Of a DNA stretch of 64,000 nucleotides, positions 56,520-64,000 are shown piece after piece. The first letter of the stretch is position 1. Each line of letters starts with the position of its first letter. The stretch comes from Desulfatiglandales bacterium (GTDB lineage: Bacteria > Desulfobacterota > DSM-4660 > Desulfatiglandales > Desulfatiglandaceae): NCBI GenBank assembly GCA_963662465.1, contig OY759599.1:3040001-3104000 (forward strand), read 5' to 3'. The notes under the pieces were generated by a model. It had not been told where the DNA came from. It did no database searches and saw only the letters and a program-made list of their open reading frames with translations. The translations under genes were made by a program, and so were the position numbers.

Positions 56520-56990
56520 ATGACCGAGGAAAAAAAGGTTTTTAATAAAAATGTCCTGATCGCAGCAGATGAGTCAGACAATGCCCGTCGGGCAGTCTCC
56601 TATGTCGGGCAACTTTTGGGGGGTCTGCCCGGCTTTAAGGTCACGATTCTGCACGTGGTTCCTGAACCGGAGGCAGATTATTTTCCGACATCTACTCAGA
56701 AAGAAGAATGGCTCACGCAATACATCCTGAGAATGGATGCGTTGTTGGAGGACTACCGCCAGATCTTGATCCAGAAAGGATTTGACCCCAAAAATGTCGC
56801 CGTCCGGTCAAAGCTTCGCTACTGTCCGTCCATGGCGGCATGCATCCTGTCGGAAAGGAATGAAATTGGATACAGCACCATTGTGATCGGAAGGCAGGGG
56901 CTTTCACGGAGTGAGGAGTTTCTCTTCGGCAGCATATCGAGCAAGGTTGTCAACCATGCACGCAACTGCACGGTCTGGGTGGTGGAATAG
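56520..56990 (+). CDS. Universal stress protein
   Basis: VLIAADES.NA.RAV, ILHV, IVIGRQG, FGSISSKVV; AAGGAG RBS. Confidence 0.9.
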   Translation: MTEEKKVFNKNVLIAADESDNARRAVSYVGQLLGGLPGFKVTILHVVPEPEADYFPTSTQKEEWLTQYILRMDALLEDYRQILIQKGFDPKNVAVRSKLRYCPSMAACILSERNEIGYSTIVIGRQGLSRSEEFLFGSISSKVVNHARNCTVWVVE

Positions 56991-57180
56991 CCGGCTGGAA
57001 GGGAGACATAAAAAGAATTTTTAAAAGCAAGCCAAATTTTAGCACTTTAAATGTTGCATAAAGGGACAATCACCGCTGGTTGAAATTAATATTTGGCGCC
57101 AAGAAACATTATGGATTAAGAGCCTGTTAAGCTACAGGGTAAACGCCACATACATCTTATTATGAAAGGCGGTTGTCCCA

Positions 57181-59964
57181 ATGAATGCCAATGCCTGCGA
57201 AACCGGCGAGTTTTTCCGAAAGCAGACCTGCCCCGTTACGGGTCTGTCCGTCTTGCATCGACCCGAATGGGCCTACGCCAATCCCAACTCCGATTACCAA
57301 ATGAAAATCAGTATCCTGGGGGCATGTGTGGTTCTGAGTCAGCCCTCGGGTTATGCAACTCTCGAGGACGTCAAGGCTGCCATGGAAATCATCGAGCGAG
57401 CCGTGACGGAAGGGATCCCCGCAGAAAGCCCCTACATTCAGATAGAGGACTACACTCGGCTGAAAGGGGTCTCTTTTGCGGGCCGGAAATTCTTTATCGA
57501 TTCCCGGAAATCGAATCCGCGGATTTCCGCGATTCTGTTCTGCGGGGTGTCGCCGCTGCTCAAAATGAGCGTAAGGCTTGCCAAATATATCAATCCCACT
57601 AAATTCCCGGTTTTGATTACAGGAGATTGCGCCGAGGGTCTCAAGAAAGCCCGAGAAATACTTCAGGATATGCCGCTCCATGAGGGAAATGGGGATGCCG
57701 CCGACATACAGGGCTCCGAATTGACGACGGTCCCGTTGGAATTAAATGCCAAACCTGAATGGCATCTTCGGTTGGAGGGGTTTTCCGTACAATACGGGGT
57801 CATTAACGGCAGGGTCATTCATGGGGTTTCAAAGGGCTTCCTGGAGGAACATCACATTCAACCCACCATTCGGATGATGGAGACCGTATATGCCGCCATG
57901 GGCTCTCCACAGGGTTCCTGCTACTGCCTCAACGGGGTGTCGGACGTCAGCGGCAGTACGCGCAAAGCCAGACAACTTTATTACAACACCATGAGAGAAT
58001 GGTTTTTGGCTCATCCCGGATTTCGTATGTACATATTCTACGGCGCAGGCAGGTTGCTTACGGCAGCCATCCGAATGACCAGCACCTTTGTCTCCTTTTC
58101 GGTTCACACCGCAAAGGACCTCGAAAGCGGGCTTCGAATAATCGACCATGACCGGCGGACAAAGGCGAAGACCCGACCGGCGCCCCTGGAGCAGAAGGCA
58201 AAGACGGATGGGAAGATTCCTTTTTCAGCCTATGTAAACGAATTGTTACAATATCTGGGATCCGTGGATTGGGAGGCAAAAGAAAACGCCTCCGGCAAGC
58301 CCGCCGACCCTTTCCATCCCTTTCTTCCGGTATTTGATGGCATAGACCTCATCAAGAGCGATCTGGATGCCGTACTTATGGAACGAAACCAGGTTGAACG
58401 ATCCCTGGTCCGGGAAAAACAGCTCAGCGAATCCATTATCGATCATATCCCCGCGGGCGTTGCCTTTCTGGATAATGATTTCATTCTCCGTAAATACAAC
58501 TCTTCCTATGCCCGGTTCATTAAGGCCTATTCCCCCTATTCGCCGGAGGCGTGTTTGGGAATGTCCTGTTCCGAATACCTGCCCGGATCTTGGGAGCAGG
58601 TGGAGGAATGGTACAAATCCGTCCGGGATACGGGCATGCCGGAGCGCCGCCACAATTTCACGCTAACCTTTAAAAAAGGGGGGGAACAGGTGGATACCTT
58701 CTGGGACAGATCCATTGTTCCCGTCCGGAATGCCTCCGGAAAGGTGGAGGGGATTCTGATTTTGACAACGGATGTTACCGAACAAAAAGCAGCTGAGGAA
58801 AATGCCGAGAAACTGAAAGATCAACTGAGACAGGCCCAGAAGATGGAAAGCATCGGGACCCTGGCGGGCGGCATCGCCCACGATTTTAACAATATCCTTT
58901 CCGCTATTCTCGGATATACAGAGATCTCACTAATGGGCCTCGCCGCGGATTCCCGGTTGAAGGCGAATCTTGAAAAGATTTTTCAGGCGGGAGAACGGGC
59001 AAGAGACCTGGTGCGGCAAATCCTCGCCTTCAGCCGACAGGGCAATCCGGAAATGGCGCCATTTCAGCTAGAGCAAGTCGTCAAGGAGGCACTCCAGTTG
59101 ATCAGGGCCTCCCTTCCCACAACCATTGATATCCGGTTTCTAGGCGGAAGCGCTGCCGTGGTGATGGGGGATTCCACCCAGATTCATCAGGTACTCATGA
59201 ACCTCTGCACCAATGCGGGTCACGCCATGAAGGATGGTAAAGGCATTCTGACGGTGGAAATCGCCGATGTAGCGGTGTTGCGCAACGAATTCGACGGTGA
59301 GCAACGGAATATGTTACCCGGCGATTATGTGCGGATCAAGGTCGGGGATACGGGACAAGGGATGACGCAGGATGTGATGGAACGGATTTTCGACCCATAT
59401 TTCACCACCAAGAGGAAAGGACACGGCACGGGGATGGGGCTGGCCGTAACCCACGGAATCGTCAAAAGCCACGGCGCGACCATCACCGTTGAAAGCGAAC
59501 TTGGAAAGGGTTCCATCTTTACTATTTTCCTCCCGACGGTGGAAAAAAGAACAGGGCCTGCGTCAGAGTTCCATGCGCCCGCAGCCAAAGGCAACGAGCG
59601 AATTTTATTGGTTGATGACGAGATGAGCCTGGCGGATATGGGGAAGCAGATGCTGGAAAATCTCGGTTATCGCGTGGAGGCCAGGACATCCAGCGTGGAG
59701 GCCCTTGCGCTTTTCAAAATGGATCCGGACAGGTTTAACGTCGTGATTACCGACATGACCATGCCCAACATGACAGGCGTCGAGCTGTCCCAACGGATCA
59801 TGGAAATCCGTCCGAACATCCCGATCATTCTCAGTACCGGTTTCAGTGAACTGATCACGGAGACCCAGGCCAAAGCCCTTGGCATAAACGCCTTCATCTC
59901 CAAGCCTATTCTCAAGGCGGATCTGGCCCGGACTGTGCGGGATGTTCTGGAAACCCTTCGGTAA
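57181..59964 (+). CDS. Cytoplasmic hybrid histidine kinase: two STAS/SEC14-like domains, PAS, HisKA, HATPase, REC
   Basis: QAQKMESIGTLAGGIAHDFNN, NLCTNA, YFTTK..GHGTGMGL, ITDMTMP; duplicated ~150-aa N-terminal unit (fold call is inference). Confidence 0.9.
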   Translation: MNANACETGEFFRKQTCPVTGLSVLHRPEWAYANPNSDYQMKISILGACVVLSQPSGYATLEDVKAAMEIIERAVTEGIPAESPYIQIEDYTRLKGVSFAGRKFFIDSRKSNPRISAILFCGVSPLLKMSVRLAKYINPTKFPVLITGDCAEGLKKAREILQDMPLHEGNGDAADIQGSELTTVPLELNAKPEWHLRLEGFSVQYGVINGRVIHGVSKGFLEEHHIQPTIRMMETVYAAMGSPQGSCYCLNGVSDVSGSTRKARQLYYNTMREWFLAHPGFRMYIFYGAGRLLTAAIRMTSTFVSFSVHTAKDLESGLRIIDHDRRTKAKTRPAPLEQKAKTDGKIPFSAYVNELLQYLGSVDWEAKENASGKPADPFHPFLPVFDGIDLIKSDLDAVLMERNQVERSLVREKQLSESIIDHIPAGVAFLDNDFILRKYNSSYARFIKAYSPYSPEACLGMSCSEYLPGSWEQVEEWYKSVRDTGMPERRHNFTLTFKKGGEQVDTFWDRSIVPVRNASGKVEGILILTTDVTEQKAAEENAEKLKDQLRQAQKMESIGTLAGGIAHDFNNILSAILGYTEISLMGLAADSRLKANLEKIFQAGERARDLVRQILAFSRQGNPEMAPFQLEQVVKEALQLIRASLPTTIDIRFLGGSAAVVMGDSTQIHQVLMNLCTNAGHAMKDGKGILTVEIADVAVLRNEFDGEQRNMLPGDYVRIKVGDTGQGMTQDVMERIFDPYFTTKRKGHGTGMGLAVTHGIVKSHGATITVESELGKGSIFTIFLPTVEKRTGPASEFHAPAAKGNERILLVDDEMSLADMGKQMLENLGYRVEARTSSVEALALFKMDPDRFNVVITDMTMPNMTGVELSQRIMEIRPNIPIILSTGFSELITETQAKALGINAFISKPILKADLARTVRDVLETLR

Positions 59965-59968
59965 ACGA

Positions 59969-61291
59969 TCATTCATCAAAAAAATACCTGACCCGCAGTT
60001 CAACCTTATAATCATTCTGCTTTTCCCCGAATTCAGAATCATTGCCGCCTGCCAGAACACCGCCGCGCAATCTTAATTGCAGATTGGTTATGGGTTCGTA
60101 CAAAAGCTCCGGGGTAATGGACAAACTTCGATCGTTTAAATTGATTATCGAAAAAACCGCCGGGGTAAAGTAAAGGATATCGAAGGGTTCATTCCAACCG
60201 ACTCGAAAATAGAGGTAGTCGCGCATGGGTTTGAAGGCGCCTATGGATCCCTGGGATAACCGTGCCGCCTTATCAAGCCCGAAACTGTTTCCGGTGGAAA
60301 TATAGGCGTCGTATGCCCCATCAACAAACCTGTAAAAATGATCAGCGTCGTTCTCGTCAAGACCTGCGCCATTATGGTAGTATTCAGCGATGAGCGTCAT
60401 ATTGTTGGTGGTAAGATATCGAATGCCTAAGAGATATTTTATGATATCCGATTTTTCGGTGAGGAGAGTTCCCTCGCTGTCTATGGATTTCTTATCAAAC
60501 CCGGGGAGCCATGCAAATTCCCCGTGAACCGCAACGTTCGATGTTATATTCCTGGCAAAATCAAGGCCGTAACGGGTGGTTCTGCTCTTTCCGGTAAAAA
60601 AAAGCAAGTCGATATCGGTGTCCCATAGCAGGCCGTAAAGTTTGGCGGCAAAATTGATGTGGTCCGGTTCACCAAACGGGTCGTTTATGGATTTTGCGAC
60701 CGGCAGGATTACCGGCGTGAACGCCAGGGTTTTTAAGGGACCGCCAAAGCTCTTGATCCAGTCGGCAACGGCAAGATAGTACCCCTCTACCGGCTCGGTA
60801 GGGTCATCAGGGTCTTTGGAGCGTGAAACAAAATTCACGGTATTGAAAGCATACCCCTTCCCCCATAACAGGACCTTTTTACCGGCCTCAAGGGCGAAAC
60901 CGGGGTTCGGTTTTAAGGCAAAATAACCTTCGAGAAGCGTAATGTCCCCGTCCCATCCCTCATAGCCGTACCAAAGGCTGCTGTCGGCTCTAAAAAAAAG
61001 ACCTGCAATGCCCCTGTGACAGCTTCCCTCGAGGCGAAGACGAGAATTGTATTGTTCCAGGGTTGATCCCTCGTCTTTATCATAGAATTTAATCTTGTAA
61101 AACGCAGAATCGCGGTCGAGGCCGAAAAGAACAGGTTTGAGCTCAAAAAATCCCCCGAAATTGTAGGGTTTTTTCTCAATTTCATTTTCGATTTCCGACA
61201 AATCAAACGTGTATTCATCCTCTGAAAGGGCCGGAAAAGGAAAAAACCAGACCCATAATGCAACGCCTGCGAAGATCAGAATTTCCTTCAT
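59969..61291 (-). CDS. Putative outer-membrane beta-barrel protein
   Basis: Signal peptide, WGKGYAFN, amphipathic strands, terminal ELRVRYFF; coupled to the upstream gene. Confidence 0.7.
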   Translation of the reverse strand: MKEILIFAGVALWVWFFPFPALSEDEYTFDLSEIENEIEKKPYNFGGFFELKPVLFGLDRDSAFYKIKFYDKDEGSTLEQYNSRLRLEGSCHRGIAGLFFRADSSLWYGYEGWDGDITLLEGYFALKPNPGFALEAGKKVLLWGKGYAFNTVNFVSRSKDPDDPTEPVEGYYLAVADWIKSFGGPLKTLAFTPVILPVAKSINDPFGEPDHINFAAKLYGLLWDTDIDLLFFTGKSRTTRYGLDFARNITSNVAVHGEFAWLPGFDKKSIDSEGTLLTEKSDIIKYLLGIRYLTTNNMTLIAEYYHNGAGLDENDADHFYRFVDGAYDAYISTGNSFGLDKAARLSQGSIGAFKPMRDYLYFRVGWNEPFDILYFTPAVFSIINLNDRSLSITPELLYEPITNLQLRLRGGVLAGGNDSEFGEKQNDYKVELRVRYFFDE

Positions 61292-62016
61292 CTAAGGCTC
61301 TTGATTCCGGGGAGAAAGTTAAGCGTGAAGGCCTCATCCGGGAGATCCCGCGCTTTGATTTTGGCGAAGATCATGATGGACCTGTAGCCCTTGTAGAGAG
61401 GGCTGTCTGTTTCTATGACGGATGGTCTGACAATGCCCTCTCCAAAGTCTCTTACCTTTTTTAAATAGAGGGTCTTAATGAGCATATCGGCCTCCGTAAG
61501 GCACTCAACCTTGGTTGGCAGCAAATTCCCCTTGTCAACCCACATTTTCAGTTTGTCATAGGCAATGGCTTTTGTTTTGGCCTTAAGGTGCAATAAATAT
61601 TTATCCCCGCTCTCTTCTACCTGACTCACCCGGTATTCAGCGGCATAATCGAGCCGCAATATGTCAGAGTTGTTGAACACGCCTCCCACAACCGACTGGA
61701 TGCTTGTTATCCTGATCGGTTTTCCCACATTGGGAATATAGAGCCACATGTTCTCTCCAAGTCTTAAGGTGCTTCTCCCCTTTTCGCTCGCGGGTGAAAG
61801 AAATAGCGATGCAACCCTGTCATCTCCTTTCTTCACGGTAAAAAGGATAAACTCCCTTTTCCTCCCATCAGGTTCCATATTGATGAGTTTTCGATATGAT
61901 TCATACGCCTCAGGATTGAGATTTCGGTCTATCTTTTTTAGAAGTTGGTCCCCGTCTATCGCGTAAACAGGCGCCGCCAACAAAATTGCAATGCTGATAA
62001 GGACAATTCTTTTCAT
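61288..62016 (-). CDS. Outer-membrane lipoprotein-sorting (LolA-like) protein
   Basis: Signal peptide, FLSPASEKG..TL, MWLYIP, GG.F.NSDI, AYDKLKMWVD. Confidence 0.82.
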   Translation of the reverse strand: MKRIVLISIAILLAAPVYAIDGDQLLKKIDRNLNPEAYESYRKLINMEPDGRKREFILFTVKKGDDRVASLFLSPASEKGRSTLRLGENMWLYIPNVGKPIRITSIQSVVGGVFNNSDILRLDYAAEYRVSQVEESGDKYLLHLKAKTKAIAYDKLKMWVDKGNLLPTKVECLTEADMLIKTLYLKKVRDFGEGIVRPSVIETDSPLYKGYRSIMIFAKIKARDLPDEAFTLNFLPGIKSLR

Positions 62017-62028
62017 ATGAAATTTCTC

Positions 62029-63267
62029 CTATACATGCCTCAGGGCATCGATGGGCGCCATCTTCGACGCCTTGTATGCAGGCTGAAGACTCGCCAAAAC
62101 AGATACCACAATGACGATTGCCGAGATTACAAAGATATCCGATAAATTTATTGTGGGGGAAAGAATCAGGCCTGTTTGTCTCCCAAAATCAAAGGTAAGC
62201 CCAACCCTATTCAAAACATATAGAACCCCGGAATTGAGGATAACGCCTGTCAGCGCACCCAGAACGCCAAGACAAAATCCCTCAAGCAAAAACATCGAAA
62301 GAATCTTCTCGGGCATGGTGCCGATGGCCGCTATGGCGCCGATCTCTCTGATCCTTTCATATACCGCCATGATCATTACATTCATGATGCTCACAAGCAC
62401 GATGGCAATGAGCATGATCTTGATAAAGAAGGTCATCACATCTATCATCCTTGCAATATTGAAAAAGGGGGAGAGTTTTTCCCACGTATGCACCTCAAAG
62501 ACAGGTTTGCCGGCCTTGTTTAGCGCCGTTGAGAGTATCCCATTGATTTTGTCATGGACCTCATGAAGACGGCTGAAGTCGGAGAGCCTAAGGGCTATCT
62601 CGCTGACATCCATCTTTTCCATCCTGAGGACTTCCATGGCGTCCTGAATATGCATATAACCATCCCTGCCGCCGGGACCCGTGGCACTCTCAACGATCCC
62701 TCCGATCTTGAATTGCTTTCCGTTAACGGAGCCGTCCTTATTGGTGGCAATCACAACAACCGTGTCGCCGACCTTAACTTTCATTCCCCTGGCGATCAAC
62801 TCAGGGACAAGGATCTCCCCCCTCCTTATGGTCTTATCCCCCTCTTTTATCCTCGAGAAAAGGAGCGGCACCGTTTTTATTTCATCTTCGGGGGATACGC
62901 CGTTTAACCGGATATTGGTTGTCTCAACGAAATTGCTGAACAGACCGCCAAATTTTATCCTCTTTGAACAGGCCTCGATACCCGCGGTTTCCTGGATCGC
63001 TTTTTCTACTTTTTTTAAGGCCCCGGGGCTCAAATTCATGGTAAGGGGGAGGTTATCCATGGATGCTAAATACCCTTTTTTGTGGATCTGGAGATGACCG
63101 ACAAAGGAATCCGTTATCTGCCCGATCATCATGTTCTTGAATGACCCCGTGACGGCAATAAAGACAAGGACAAATACAACCCCCACTGTGATCAGGGAAG
63201 CGGTCAGGAATGTCCTTCTCTTGTATCTGGTCAGGTTTCTCAGGGCGATCTTAAATATATTAAACAC
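62029..63267 (-). CDS. ABC transporter permease, LolC/E-MacB-FtsX type
   Basis: ALRNL.RYKRRT, MAVYERIREIG..AIG, PAYKASKM.PIDALR. Confidence 0.9.
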   Translation of the reverse strand: MFNIFKIALRNLTRYKRRTFLTASLITVGVVFVLVFIAVTGSFKNMMIGQITDSFVGHLQIHKKGYLASMDNLPLTMNLSPGALKKVEKAIQETAGIEACSKRIKFGGLFSNFVETTNIRLNGVSPEDEIKTVPLLFSRIKEGDKTIRRGEILVPELIARGMKVKVGDTVVVIATNKDGSVNGKQFKIGGIVESATGPGGRDGYMHIQDAMEVLRMEKMDVSEIALRLSDFSRLHEVHDKINGILSTALNKAGKPVFEVHTWEKLSPFFNIARMIDVMTFFIKIMLIAIVLVSIMNVMIMAVYERIREIGAIAAIGTMPEKILSMFLLEGFCLGVLGALTGVILNSGVLYVLNRVGLTFDFGRQTGLILSPTINLSDIFVISAIVIVVSVLASLQPAYKASKMAPIDALRHV

Positions 63268-63964
63268 TGCCTTTTCCCCCTTTCACATGTCGATCGGCCA
63301 ATTCTCCATCTTCCAGCATATAGATTTCCTCAACCTCCCCAACAATTTTCCGGTCATGGGTGGAAAATATAAAGGTTGTCCCAAACGCTTCCTTCATCTT
63401 TTTCATGATATCGATGACCCGATAAGCGGTTTTATGGTCTAAATTAGCAGTCGGTTCATCCGCGAGAATAAGCTTTGGCGCTGTCACCAGCGCCCTTGCC
63501 ACAGCCACTCTCTGCTTCTGTCCACCTGAAATCTGATCCGGATATTTGTCTTTCTGCTCAATCATCCCAACAGCGTCAAGGAGGTCCATGACCCGTCTTT
63601 TTCTTTCATCTGAAGGCGTGTTTTGCACCATAAGCAGGGGGTATTCCACATTCTCAAAGACTGTCAGCACGGGGAGCAGATTAAAGTCCTGAAATATGAA
63701 GCCGATGTTTTTACCTCTGAAAGAGGCGGCCATGCGTCTGTTAAGATGGGAAATATCCGTATCGCCAACCCTTAAGGTTCCATGGGTCGGCTTGTCAAGA
63801 CAGCCGATGAGATTCAGGATTGTGGTCTTTCCACTGCCGGAAGGCCCCACAAAAGAAACAAAAGAGGCCGCCTCTATTTCGAAACTCAACCCCTTTAGGG
63901 CCTCAATTTTGATATCGCCGCTCATATATGTTTTGGAAACATCCGTTGCCGTTACTAAGCTCAT
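63260..63964 (-). CDS. ABC transporter ATP-binding protein, LolD-like
   Basis: GPSGSGKT, GFIFQ, ISGGQKQRVA, LADEPTANLD, STHD. Confidence 0.93.
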   Translation of the reverse strand: MSLVTATDVSKTYMSGDIKIEALKGLSFEIEAASFVSFVGPSGSGKTTILNLIGCLDKPTHGTLRVGDTDISHLNRRMAASFRGKNIGFIFQDFNLLPVLTVFENVEYPLLMVQNTPSDERKRRVMDLLDAVGMIEQKDKYPDQISGGQKQRVAVARALVTAPKLILADEPTANLDHKTAYRVIDIMKKMKEAFGTTFIFSTHDRKIVGEVEEIYMLEDGELADRHVKGGKGSV

Positions 63965-64000
63965 ATCTTTCCTTTCAAAGATCGTAAAACAGATGAACTT

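Noticed and set aside
1..64000. tRNA, rRNA, tmRNA or known riboswitches
   Set aside because: No recognisable signatures by eye; a covariance-model scan is needed to exclude them fully.

Overview
Bacterial chromosomal window. The gene content (RACo activator, many hybrid kinases, sigma54 promoters, ISDol1-like elements) suggests an anaerobic Desulfobacterota/deltaproteobacterium; this is an inference. 1-10.4 kb is an accessory, defence-like island: a HEPN gene plus partner, an internally deleted type IIG restriction-modification gene, a complete ISNCY-type element with a 9-bp target duplication inserted at the start of a DUF2971 gene, an ankyrin gene, hypothetical genes, and an unrecognised ~310-nt structured RNA candidate between a near-consensus sigma70 promoter and a terminator. 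10.6-17.8 kb holds an M48 peptidase, an acyltransferase, lnt, and a sigma54/IHF-preceded kamA + two ATP-grasp ligases + GNAT operon. 17.8-28.5 kb is a signalling operon (HTH-REC, orphan KaiB, three histidine kinases, CheR, CheB, REC) whose gene junctions carry 7-bp tandem repeats. 28.6-64 kb holds four type II toxin-antitoxin loci, a probable iota-class carbonic anhydrase, RarA-methyltransferase, a diguanylate cyclase, RACo, a GNAT-nitrilase fusion, an Nth-Xth fusion, a cation-chloride cotransporter homologue, nested MITE/REP elements, a second ISNCY-type element, a kinase-USP pair, a hybrid kinase and a Lol-like ABC system. No rRNA, tRNA or CRISPR array was seen. All family calls come from motif recognition by eye; no database search was run.
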